Assembly (NCBI GenBank): GCA_963828165.1
Contig: CAWHDR010000001.1
Location: forward strand, 992,001 to 1,056,000
From: an uncultured Chloroflexia bacterium
GTDB taxonomy: Bacteria > Chloroflexota > Limnocylindria > Limnocylindrales > CSP1-4
Length of the DNA stretch: 64,000 bases
Reading direction: 5' to 3'
The position numbers and the translations under genes were made by a program. Below the pieces are notes generated by a model. It worked only from the letters and a program-made list of their open reading frames with translations, was not told where the DNA came from and made no database searches. Below are positions 55,061 to 64,000 of this stretch, piece after piece; position 1 is the stretch's first letter; the number at the start of each line of letters is the position of its first letter.

Positions 55061-55929
55061 CGGGCACCGGCTCCAACCGGCTCGGTCAGGGCATCGAGGC
55101 GATGCAGGGCCAGTCGCTCGACCCTCCCGTCGAGCGGGAGCGAAAGTCGCCGTTGCGGTTCGCGTGGTGGGCCATCTTCATCGCGGGAGTCCTCTACTTC
55201 TTCCTGCCGCTCGTCGGGACATTCGCCTTCTCGCTCCGCGCGGTGCCGTTCGGGTCGGCGTACACGGCCATCCTCGAGGACCCCAAGTTCCTGTCGAGCC
55301 TGGGCTATTCCTTCATCGTCGGGTTCATCACCATCATCATCAGCATCTCGCTGCTGGTCCCGACCGCCTTCTGGGTCCGCCTCCGCCTGCCGCGCGCTCG
55401 CCCCTTCGTCGAGTTCGTCACCCTCCTGCCGTTCGTCGTCCCACCCATCGTCCTCGTGTTCGGCCTCATCAGCACCTACAGCCGCCCGCCGTTGCCGTTC
55501 ACCCACACCGATATCGGCAGTACGGCGCTCCTCGTCTTCGGCTACGTCGTGCTGTCGTTCCCGTACATGTACCGGGCGATCGACACGGGCCTGCGGGCGA
55601 TGGACATCCAGAGCCTGACCGAAGCCGCCCAGAGCCTGGGTTCCGGCTGGCTCCGGATCCTGATCCAGGTCATCCTGCCGAACCTGCGGGTCGCGCTGCT
55701 GAGCGGAGCGTTCCTGACCCTGGCAATCGTGGTGGGTGAGTTCACGATCGCGACCTTCCTTGCCCGCAAGGTCTTCTCGGTCTACCTGTCACAACTGGGA
55801 GATATCGCCCCGTACCAGCAGTCCGCGGTCGCCCTCGTCAGCTTCGGGCTGACGTGGATCGCCATGGGCTTCATCGCGTTGCTCGGGCGCGGTTCGCGCA
55901 GCCGAGTGACGATCGCCGGCGCTCGGTAG
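55057..55929 (+). CDS. ABC permease (PotC-like)
   Basis: EAAQSLG, GEFTIA. Confidence 0.88.
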   Translation: MTGTGSNRLGQGIEAMQGQSLDPPVERERKSPLRFAWWAIFIAGVLYFFLPLVGTFAFSLRAVPFGSAYTAILEDPKFLSSLGYSFIVGFITIIISISLLVPTAFWVRLRLPRARPFVEFVTLLPFVVPPIVLVFGLISTYSRPPLPFTHTDIGSTALLVFGYVVLSFPYMYRAIDTGLRAMDIQSLTEAAQSLGSGWLRILIQVILPNLRVALLSGAFLTLAIVVGEFTIATFLARKVFSVYLSQLGDIAPYQQSAVALVSFGLTWIAMGFIALLGRGSRSRVTIAGAR

Positions 55930-55945
55930 GGAGACGACGAACACC

Positions 55946-57100
55946 ATGGCCTTCCTGGAACTCAGCGGCATCCAGAAGCGGTTCGGCGACGTGGCCGCGG
56001 TGCAGGATTTCGACCTGGCTGCGGAACGTGGTGAGTTCGTCTCGTTCCTTGGCCCATCGGGCTGCGGCAAGACGACCACGCTGCGCATGATCGCCGGCTT
56101 CGAACGCCCGACAGCGGGCACCGTCATCATCGACGGCGCGGACGTCACCCACCGCGCTCCGAACCAGCGCAACGTCGGCATGGTCTTCCAGTCCTACGCG
56201 CTGTTCCCGAACATGAACGTTGCCAACAACATCGGGTTCGGACTCAAGATCCGGAAGCGCCCGAAGAACGACATCGATCGGCGCGTCGCCGAGCTGCTCG
56301 ACCTCATCCACCTCGAGGGTCGCGGAGACCGCTTCCCGTGGCAGCTGTCGGGGGGACAGCAGCAGCGCGTGGCGCTGGCCCGCGCCCTGGCCATCGAGCC
56401 AACGGTCCTGCTGCTCGACGAGCCGCTCTCGGCGCTCGATGCCAAGATCCGCGTCGCGCTCCGCCACGAGATCCGCGAGATCCAGCGCCAGCTCGGCATC
56501 ACGACGGTGTACGTCACCCACGACCAGGAGGAGGCGCTGGAGCTGTCCGATCGGATCGTGGTCATGAGCGAGGGGCGCATCGAGCAGATCGGCACGCCGT
56601 TCGAGATCTACAACTTCCCGGCGACGGCGTTCGTGGCGTCCTTCGTGGGCACGCTCAATGCGATGGACGCGACGATCGTGGATGCCTCTGCGGGCCGCCT
56701 CTCGCTGGCCGGCCACGAGATCCGGACGACGTCCAAGCTGACCGGCTCCGCCGGGGCGGTCGTAACGGTCGCGCTGCGACCCGAGATGATCGCGCTCACC
56801 AGCCCGGATGGTTCCAATGTCGTGGCGGTCAGCCCGATGGATGGCATGAGCGGCACCAACCGCCTCCCAGGGACCGTCGCCGACGTCGCGTTCCTGGGCT
56901 CGGTCGTGCGCGTCCGCACGACGGTCGGGCCGGACGCGATCCCCGTCTACGTCGACACGTTCAACAACCCGAACCTCGCCGTACCCGCAGCCGGCTCGCC
57001 GATCGTCCTGGGCTTCCCGCCGGAAGCCTGCCTGGTCCTGGGGCGCGACGCCGTCCCGGACCGGTCCGACGCGCTGGCGGCCGCGGAGGCGATGCTGTAG
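55946..57100 (+). CDS. ABC ATPase (PotA-like) with TOBE domain
   Basis: GPSGCGKTT, VFQSYALFP, LSGGQQQR, VTHDQEEA. Confidence 0.92.
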   Translation: MAFLELSGIQKRFGDVAAVQDFDLAAERGEFVSFLGPSGCGKTTTLRMIAGFERPTAGTVIIDGADVTHRAPNQRNVGMVFQSYALFPNMNVANNIGFGLKIRKRPKNDIDRRVAELLDLIHLEGRGDRFPWQLSGGQQQRVALARALAIEPTVLLLDEPLSALDAKIRVALRHEIREIQRQLGITTVYVTHDQEEALELSDRIVVMSEGRIEQIGTPFEIYNFPATAFVASFVGTLNAMDATIVDASAGRLSLAGHEIRTTSKLTGSAGAVVTVALRPEMIALTSPDGSNVVAVSPMDGMSGTNRLPGTVADVAFLGSVVRVRTTVGPDAIPVYVDTFNNPNLAVPAAGSPIVLGFPPEACLVLGRDAVPDRSDALAAAEAML

Positions 57101-57834
57101 TCGCGGGCGGATCCCCGCTGGACCTCACGGGGATCGATCTCGTGATCTTCGACAAGGACGGCACGCTCATCGACTTCCACGCGATGTGGGGTGGCTGGGC
57201 GCGCGAGCTCGGGACGCGGCTGGAAGCCGCCGCTCGGCGGCCCGTGGCCCCCGACGTGTTCGCGGCGATCGGCTTCGATCCCTCGACCGGTCGGGTTGCC
57301 GCCGGCGGGCCGCTTGCTGCCGCGACGATGGCCGAGATCGAGGGGGTCGTGGCCGCGGTCCTGCGGCGCTGGTGCCCCAGCGTGGCGGCGGCGCGGCGGG
57401 CGACCGAGACGGCATGGTTCGTCCCGGATCCGGTGGCGCTGGCCCAGCCCCTGGCGGACCTCCCCGCCCTCTTCGGGGAGTTGCGCGACGGTGGTCTCCG
57501 GATCGGGGTCGTGACGACCGACGATCGGGCCCCGACCGACGCGACCCTTCGAGCCCTGGGCGTGCGGGAGGCGGTCGGCGCGATGGTCTGCGGGGACGAT
57601 GGGTTCCCGATGAAACCCGAGCCCGATCCGGTCTTCGCCGTGTGCCAGGCGCTCGAGACCGAGCCGCTCCGCGTGGCCGTCGTCGGCGACTCCCCGGCCG
57701 ACCTCGCGATGGCGCGCGCAGCCGGCGCCGGTCTCGTCGTCGGCGTCCTGACCGGGGTCGGCACGGCGGCCGAACTGGCCGCGGCGGATGTCGTCATCGC
57801 GTCCGTAGCCGAGCTGCGCTCGCCGAACCGCTGA
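57097..57834 (+). CDS. HAD-family phosphatase (probable GTA start)
   Basis: LVIFDKDGTL, VTTD, KPEP, VGDSPADL. GGAGG lies 7 nt before a GTA that overlaps the upstream TAG. Confidence 0.85.
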   Translation, partial: VVAGGSPLDLTGIDLVIFDKDGTLIDFHAMWGGWARELGTRLEAAARRPVAPDVFAAIGFDPSTGRVAAGGPLAAATMAEIEGVVAAVLRRWCPSVAAARRATETAWFVPDPVALAQPLADLPALFGELRDGGLRIGVVTTDDRAPTDATLRALGVREAVGAMVCGDDGFPMKPEPDPVFAVCQALETEPLRVAVVGDSPADLAMARAAGAGLVVGVLTGVGTAAELAAADVVIASVAELRSPNR

Positions 57835-57871
57835 CGCCCGCGCTCGCCGGGCCGCTGACGCCCGCGCTCGC
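57828..57871 (+). repeat. Direct repeat, 2 x CCGCTGACGCCCGCGCTCGC (24-bp period)
   Basis: Read directly at the HAD stop codon. Confidence 0.75.
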
Positions 57872-58017
57872 AGCTCAGCGCGCGAACCGCCGCCGGACCC
57901 CTCTGGTACCGATGGGCCATCGTTCGTAAGGGCACCAGACCGTACCGTACCTGTGACCTCCCGCACCAGCGGGCGGCCCGGCCTGCCCGGATCCCAGATG
58001 GAGGCTCTTCGCCGCCC

Positions 58018-61000
58018 ATGGTCCTCGCCCAGGAACGACGCGTTTCGAAGACCCGCCCCCACGGGTCCCGACGCGACGTCCCGCGCGCCCGGGCGACCGA
58101 TCCCGGCGGTCCGACGACGGCCGACGCGCTGAGCCGGATCGCGGCCAAGGTCAGCGGACGACGCGACGTCAACGGCCTGTTCGAGGACGTGATCGACGAG
58201 GCATTCGGGCTCTTCGGGGTGGACCGGGCCGGCCTCTGGCTGTACGACCAGTCCGCCGCAAGGCCGCTCTCGCTCGGCGCCCACCGAGGCCTGTCGCCAG
58301 AGATCATCGAAGCGATCAGCGCCCTGCCACCGGACGCCCCGACGACCGGGATGGACGCGATCCGCCGCCGGCGCGTCCGCGTGCTCGACCGCGCCATGCG
58401 CACCACGACCCCGGAGCTCCGGGCGGTCTATCGCTCCATCGGCGTCCGCAGCGTGTGCTTCGTGCCGCTCGTGTTCGGCGACGAACCCCTCGGACTGCTC
58501 GTGCTCTACCACCGCGAGGCCTACGCCTGGACGCCTGACGAACGTGCCCTGGCCAGGGCCTTCGGTGACCAGATGGCCACCGCGATCGGTGGCGCCCGGC
58601 TGGCGGATTCGCGCCGGACCCTCGCAGATCGGCTCACGTCGATCGCGGAGCTGACGGGCAGGCTCAACCAGCTGCGCGACCAGGAGGCCATCGCGTGGGC
58701 GATCGTCGCGGAAGCCAAGCGACTCTCGGACCACGACACGATCCGGGTCTATCGCGTCGATCACGAGACCGGGATGTGCGAGCCACTCGCGTTCGATGGG
58801 TCGTTCCTCGGGACCACGAAGCCGGCGCTCGAGACCCTGCGCGTCCCGATCGGCAAGGGCCTCACCGGTTGGGTCGCCGAACACGGTCGACCGGTCCGGC
58901 TGGGCGACGCCGCGCGGGATCCACGCGGGTGGGTCGTCGGGACGACCGACCAGCCGGAATCGATCCTGATCGTGCCGATGCTCCAGCAGGACGTGGTCCA
59001 GGGCCTGATCGTCATCACGGCCATCGGCCGCGACCGCTTCGAGCTCGACGACGAGGTGACGCTGGCGATCTTCGCGGCATCGGCCGTGCAGGCGCTGGTG
59101 AACGCCGGGAACGTGGATCGGCTGCATCGCCAGCAGGTCGAGCTGGAGCACCAGCTGGACGGCCAGCGGCGGCTGCTCGACGTCAACGAGCGGCTGCTCT
59201 CGACGCTGGATCCCGCAGGGGTCCTCGACCTCATCGCCGATTCCCTCAAGGCGATCGTCCCGTACGACACGCTCACGGTCTATCGCGTCGACCGGGCCGC
59301 CGGGGTCCGCCGCGCGGTCATCACCCGCGATCGCTTCGCGGACCAGATCCTCGCGTACGAGAGTCCGTTGGGACCGGGCATCACCGGTTGGGTCATCGAC
59401 CATGGCGAGGCGGTCCTCGCCAACGATGCGATGGCGGATCCACGCTCGGTCCAGATCCCCGGCACCCCCAACGAGCCAGAGGCCATGATCATCGTCCCGC
59501 TGATGGTCAACGGCGAGACCATCGGCACCCTCAACATCGGGCGGATGGGCGAGGAGGAGGCCCACTTCAACCTGAACGAGTACGAGCTGACGAAACTGTT
59601 CGCCGGCCAGGCGTCGATCGCCCTGCAGAACGCCGAGGCCCACGGCGCGGTCCGTGTCCGGGCGGAGCAGGATGCCCTGACCGGGCTGCGCAACCACGGC
59701 TCGTTCCAGCGCGAGCTCGGAGAGGCGGTCGAGAAGGGCGCGCCATTCGCGGTGCTCATGCTGGATCTCGACGACTTCAAGAGCTTCAACGACGCGCTCG
59801 GCCACCCCGCGGGCGACGCCTTGCTCGTGGACATCGCCCGATCCATGACCACCGCCACGCGCGACGGCGATCGCCTCTACCGATACGGGGGCGACGAGTT
59901 CGCGACGATCCTCCCGGGCGCCGACCGGATCGTCGCGCACGAGGTCGCGGAACGGATCCGCGGCGTCGTCCGCTCACGTGCCGAGGCGACCGCCGGGCTT
60001 GACGCGGATTCCCGTCCGATCGTGACCATCAGCGCCGGGCTTGCCTGCTTCCCGGACGACGGCAGGACCAAGGACGAGCTCGTCGCGGTCGCGGACCGCG
60101 CGCTCTACCAGGTGAAGCCCATCGATGGACGGCTCACGGACGTGGCCCACGCGGATCCCTACCTGCGTGCGCTCGACGAGACCGCGCTCGCGTTGCTCGA
60201 CCACCACGATCCGGATCGCTTGCTGGACGTGATCGTGAGACGGGCCATCGCCCTGCTCGGGACGCCGCACGGGTTCCTGTACCTGCGCGAACCGGACGGG
60301 GACGAAGTCGAGGTGCGGGTGGGGACCGGCCTCTTCGATGGCTATCTCGGCCGCCGCATGGGCATCAACGAGGGTCTGGCGGGCCGTGTGGTGACGACCG
60401 GACGCCCGCTCGCCATCGACGATTACGACACGTGGGAGGGTCGCTCGCCGACGTTGCCCGCGGGGATCTTCGGTTCCGTCGTCGGCGTCCCGCTCACGTC
60501 GGGCGGCCGGGTCGTCGGCGTGCTCGGCCTCGGGTCGGGCAGCAGCGAGCGGCGGTGGGGCAGCCGGGACATCGGCGCGCTGACGAGCTTCGGCAAGCTC
60601 GCGTCCATCGCGCTCGACAACGCCCGGCTCATCGATGTCGCCCAGCGAGGGGCGCTCTACGACCCGACGACCGGCCTCCCCAATCGCGAGCTCCTGACCG
60701 ACCGCATCGCGCACGCCCTCGCCGGACATCAGGCGGAGGACACCGGCTCCATCGCGGTGGTCCTGCTCGGCCTCGACCGGTTCAAGGTCATCAACGAGAG
60801 TCTGGGCCACCTCATGGGCGACCGCCTTCTGGTGGCCGTCGGCCAGCGGCTCGTGCGCGGCGTGCGCCCGGGCGACACCGTGGCGCGCGTCGGCGGCGAC
60901 GAATTCGGGATCATCTTCGACCCGGTCGCCGATGCCGAAGAGGCGCGGAGCATCGCCGACCGGATCGTCGCGGAGCTGCGTGTCCCGTTCCCGCTCAATG

Positions 61001-61977
61001 ACCGCGAATGGTTCGTCAGCGCGTCGATGGGCATCGCGCTGGCCCAGCCCGGGCGAGCGACCCCCGACGAACTGCTGCGCGAAGCGGAGATCGCCATGGT
61101 CCGCGCGAAGGGCAACACCACGCAGCGGCACGCGTTCTTCGAGCCGTCCATGAGCGCCCAGACCCTGGAGCGGGTCGAGCTCGAGAGCGACCTCCGCTCG
61201 GCCCTCGAACGGGGAGAGCTGCGCGTCCACTACCAGCCGATCGTGACCCTCGAGAGCACCGAGATCGTCGGCTTCGAGGCACTCGTCCGCTGGCAGCATC
61301 CGACGCGTGGCCTCGTACCTCCCTTGGCGTTCATCCCACTCGCCGAGGAGACGGGCTTGATCATCCCACTTGGGCGCTGGGTCCTCGAGACCGCGTGCCG
61401 CCAGGCCGCCAAATGGCGCGCGACGCGGTCGGCTCCGGATGACAAGCCGCTGTTCGTGTCGGTCAACCTCTCGGCGCGCCAGTTCATGCAGCCCGACCTC
61501 GTAGGTGACGTCGCAAGCGTGCTCGCGGAGACCGGACTGGACGCCGGCTCGCTCGACCTCGAGATCACCGAGAGCGTCCTGATGGACCACTCCGAGACGG
61601 GTATCCGCACGCTCCGCCGGCTGCGTGCGCTGGGCGTCCGGCTCGTGCTCGACGACTTCGGGACGGGGTACTCCTCGCTGTCCTACCTCAAGCACCTGCC
61701 GCTCGACACGATCAAGATCGACCGCTCGTTCGTCGCCGGTATCGAAGAGAAGGCGGACCGCTCGATCGTCCAGGCGGTCGTGGCGCTCGCCCACGGCCTC
61801 GGCATCGGCGTCGTCGCGGAGGGCATCGAGACCGAACGCCAGGCCGAGCGCCTGCTCGCGCTGGGTTGCGACCTGGGCCAGGGCTACCTGTTCAGCCGCC
61901 CCGTGCCGGCCGCGAAGACCGCGCGCCTGCTGCGCGCCCCCACGATCCGCGCCGCGGCCCTTCGCCGCGTCGGCTGA
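58018..61977 (+). CDS. c-di-GMP signalling protein: GAF-GAF-GAF-GGDEF-GAF-GGDEF-EAL
   Basis: RYGGDEF, RVGGDEF, EALVRW, LEITES, DDFGTGYSS, QGYLF; four GAF-like segments. Confidence 0.92.
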   Translation: MVLAQERRVSKTRPHGSRRDVPRARATDPGGPTTADALSRIAAKVSGRRDVNGLFEDVIDEAFGLFGVDRAGLWLYDQSAARPLSLGAHRGLSPEIIEAISALPPDAPTTGMDAIRRRRVRVLDRAMRTTTPELRAVYRSIGVRSVCFVPLVFGDEPLGLLVLYHREAYAWTPDERALARAFGDQMATAIGGARLADSRRTLADRLTSIAELTGRLNQLRDQEAIAWAIVAEAKRLSDHDTIRVYRVDHETGMCEPLAFDGSFLGTTKPALETLRVPIGKGLTGWVAEHGRPVRLGDAARDPRGWVVGTTDQPESILIVPMLQQDVVQGLIVITAIGRDRFELDDEVTLAIFAASAVQALVNAGNVDRLHRQQVELEHQLDGQRRLLDVNERLLSTLDPAGVLDLIADSLKAIVPYDTLTVYRVDRAAGVRRAVITRDRFADQILAYESPLGPGITGWVIDHGEAVLANDAMADPRSVQIPGTPNEPEAMIIVPLMVNGETIGTLNIGRMGEEEAHFNLNEYELTKLFAGQASIALQNAEAHGAVRVRAEQDALTGLRNHGSFQRELGEAVEKGAPFAVLMLDLDDFKSFNDALGHPAGDALLVDIARSMTTATRDGDRLYRYGGDEFATILPGADRIVAHEVAERIRGVVRSRAEATAGLDADSRPIVTISAGLACFPDDGRTKDELVAVADRALYQVKPIDGRLTDVAHADPYLRALDETALALLDHHDPDRLLDVIVRRAIALLGTPHGFLYLREPDGDEVEVRVGTGLFDGYLGRRMGINEGLAGRVVTTGRPLAIDDYDTWEGRSPTLPAGIFGSVVGVPLTSGGRVVGVLGLGSGSSERRWGSRDIGALTSFGKLASIALDNARLIDVAQRGALYDPTTGLPNRELLTDRIAHALAGHQAEDTGSIAVVLLGLDRFKVINESLGHLMGDRLLVAVGQRLVRGVRPGDTVARVGGDEFGIIFDPVADAEEARSIADRIVAELRVPFPLNDREWFVSASMGIALAQPGRATPDELLREAEIAMVRAKGNTTQRHAFFEPSMSAQTLERVELESDLRSALERGELRVHYQPIVTLESTEIVGFEALVRWQHPTRGLVPPLAFIPLAEETGLIIPLGRWVLETACRQAAKWRATRSAPDDKPLFVSVNLSARQFMQPDLVGDVASVLAETGLDAGSLDLEITESVLMDHSETGIRTLRRLRALGVRLVLDDFGTGYSSLSYLKHLPLDTIKIDRSFVAGIEEKADRSIVQAVVALAHGLGIGVVAEGIETERQAERLLALGCDLGQGYLFSRPVPAAKTARLLRAPTIRAAALRRVG

Positions 61978-62007
61978 CCAGAGCGAGGCCCGTCTTGGAG
62001 CAGGTCC

Positions 62008-62749
62008 TTAGTCGCGGCCGCCGAACAGCTGGAGCATGAACAGGAACAGGTTCACGAAACTGAGATAGAGCAGGAGCGCGCCGATGACGGCCCCCTTCTC
62101 CATCGAACCTGTCTGGGCGGCGAGCTCGCCGTTCTGGATCCGCTGGACGTAGTACGCGGTGAGGGCCGTGAAGAGCACGACACCCACGATCGAGATGACC
62201 CAGTTCAGGCCGTCGCTCGCCAGGAAGATGTTGATCAGCGACGCCACCAGGATCCCGATGATGCCCATGAACAGGATCCCGCCGAGACCGGCAAGGGAGC
62301 GCTTCGTGACGCTGCCGTAGATCGCCGCGGCACCGAACATCGCGGAAGCCGACAGGAACGCCGTCGCGACCGATGCGCCCGTGAACCCCGACACGATCAG
62401 CCCGATCGTCAGGCCGAGCGCTCGCGGCGTAGACGAAGAACAGGCCGAGCGCGACGGTCGCGCTGATCCGGTTGATGCCCCAGCTGATCCCGATCACGAG
62501 AGCGAGCTGGGCGATGATCAGGATGAAGTAGTTATCCAGCGCGAAGCCGAGCAGCCGCTCGTTCGACTGGACCATGAAAGCCACGCCGGCGCTGATCAGC
62601 AGCCCGACGAACATCCACAGGAAGGCCTGGCTCAGGAACGCCGTAGCGAGTCGGGCGTCCGGCTTGACGCCGAGGGCGGACGGCGAGGCCGCCGTCCCAG
62701 GGGTGCGGTCCGGGTTGAGGTACGGGTTGGAGACGCGCTGGTCACTCAT
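62008..62749 (-). CDS. Bax inhibitor-1/YccA-family membrane protein, one frameshift near 62420
   Basis: The N-terminal half (WMFVGLLISA..LFFVYA) and the C-terminal half (GALLLYLSFVNLFL) lie in different frames. Confidence 0.82.
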
Positions 62750-62787
62750 TGGTCTGGGTGCTCCTAGAAAGCTTCAGGTTGACGAGT

Positions 62788-63162
62788 TCACCACATCAGG
62801 CCGGCGTCGCGCGGGTCCCAGCGCTCGGCCAGCAGCGTGACCTTGACGTCGTGTTCCACGACGGACTCGGCCTGCTCCTTGACCTGGGCGATCATGGAGC
62901 CCGCGTACGGGCAGAACGGCGTCGTGAGGATCATCTTGATCTCGGTCGAATCGGGACCCAGCAGGATCTGCTTGATGAGCGCGAGCTCGACCACGTTCAT
63001 CCCGATCTCTGGGTCGACGACCGCGCGTAGCGCGTCGAGGATGGCGAGCTCGGTGGCCCGCCGTTCGGGATCGAAGGCCGGGGCTTCGGTCGCGGGGGCG
63101 TCACCGGCCGCGGTCGCGGTGGCGGGAGCGTCCGTGATGTCAGAGGTGGTCGTGTCGGTCAT
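62788..63162 (-). CDS. DUF59/SufT-like metal-sulfur cluster assembly factor
   Basis: LRAVVDPEIGMNVVELALI, LTTPFCP, WDP. Confidence 0.88.
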   Translation of the reverse strand: MTDTTTSDITDAPATATAAGDAPATEAPAFDPERRATELAILDALRAVVDPEIGMNVVELALIKQILLGPDSTEIKMILTTPFCPYAGSMIAQVKEQAESVVEHDVKVTLLAERWDPRDAGLMW

Positions 63163-63276
63163 GGGTGGCGATTCTCCGAGTCGTGCGTGGCAAGAGCGTA
63201 CCACCGAGCCCGGTCAAGGCCCCCGCATCCGTTCGTACGGGCGCACACGGGCCGGGCGAGCGACGCGCGAACCCGG

Positions 63277-64000
63277 TCAGGGCCGCTGCAGCGGGATCTC
63301 CAGGCCGACCGCGGCTCCGGGCGGCACGACGACGGTGCCTCGCCCGACTTCGACGTTCTCGACGTCGCCCATCTCGAGGATCGTCACGGTGTAGGTCGCG
63401 GGCGGCAGGTGATCGATGACGAACGTGCCGTCCGGCGTGACCCCGATCCCGATCGAGTCACGACCGCCGATATCCACGTCAGCCTCGTACTGCGGTGAGA
63501 GGTTGTTCATGTCCGTCCCGGGCGGCGCAATGACCCGGCCCAGGATCCGGCCGGTCGGTTGCAGAAGGATCCCGGTCCCGTCCGAGTCCACGCGGAGCAT
63601 GCCGACCGCCCCGAAATGGGCCGCGATCCTCGCGCCCGCGTCCGGGACGGCGCTCGAGATCGACAGCTCGACGACGTTGTCGATGATGGAGACACCCGAG
63701 CCCTTCATCTGCGCCGGTAGGGTCGCGAGGAACGCCTGATCCGCAGCGATTCGTTCCTGCACGTCGTTCAGCTGGGCCTCGGTCCAGCGCACCTGCCGAA
63801 CCGCCACCGGCGCTTCGGCGCCGACGAGCTCGGCAAGCGCGGCCTGGTGTGGTGCTGGATCGTCCGTCACCAGGATCGTGACGACGCCGCCACGCGCCTG
63901 GTCGATGTACAGACCGCCCGAGACGTCGGCGTGCCCGGACAGGTAGTCCTGCAGGGCCGTGGTGATCCCCGCCTCGCCGTTCGGGCGACGCATGATCTCG
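63277..64000 (-). CDS. Hypothetical protein, C-terminal part (5' end outside the window)
   Basis: Open frame reaching the edge; the C-terminal GTFVIDHLPPATYTVTI resembles a carboxypeptidase-regulatory/Cna-B beta-sandwich. Confidence 0.6.
   Translation of the reverse strand, partial: EIMRRPNGEAGITTALQDYLSGHADVSGGLYIDQARGGVVTILVTDDPAPHQAALAELVGAEAPVAVRQVRWTEAQLNDVQERIAADQAFLATLPAQMKGSGVSIIDNVVELSISSAVPDAGARIAAHFGAVGMLRVDSDGTGILLQPTGRILGRVIAPPGTDMNNLSPQYEADVDIGGRDSIGIGVTPDGTFVIDHLPPATYTVTILEMGDVENVEVGRGTVVVPPGAAVGLEIPLQRP

Noticed and set aside
57872-58017. c-di-GMP riboswitch upstream of the GGDEF/EAL gene
   Set aside because: I could not find the conserved class I or class II core sequences.

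Overview
A high-GC bacterial chromosomal window, probably Chloroflexota of the Limnocylindria type (inferred from gene content only). I saw no rRNA, tRNA, CRISPR array or transposase. In order, it contains: (1) a partial FtsZ paralog at the left edge, missed by the ORF track, with an apparent N-terminal membrane anchor; (2) hxlR/htrA-like genes and purKE; (3) a KamB/NpmA-like 16S rRNA m1A1408 methyltransferase interrupted by an in-frame TAA; (4) an XRE-HTH/PD-(D/E)XK gene flanked by a repeated motif; (5) a nucleoside hydrolase with an ECF transporter; (6) an Rrf2-controlled sufC-sufS/sufU-moeZ-cysO-cysM-mec sulfur cluster with two matching operator boxes and no sufB/sufD; (7) a SAM-I riboswitch with metH and yitJ; (8) a ~33 kb methyl-group supercluster with a split corrinoid methyltransferase system (non-pyrrolysine MttB, corrinoid protein, pterin methyltransferase, RACo/RamA activator, MetF, IclR), soxBDAG, a betaine-aldehyde dehydrogenase, a ProU/OpuA transporter and a dimethylglycine oxidase; (9) a PotABCD-like ABC transporter with a HAD phosphatase; (10) a multi-GAF dual-GGDEF/EAL protein, a YccA/Bax-inhibitor gene and a DUF59 gene. 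Many genes look leaderless and three appear to use non-canonical start codons. Frameshifts cluster after 40 kb and are most likely assembly errors. All family calls come from motif recognition; no database search was run.
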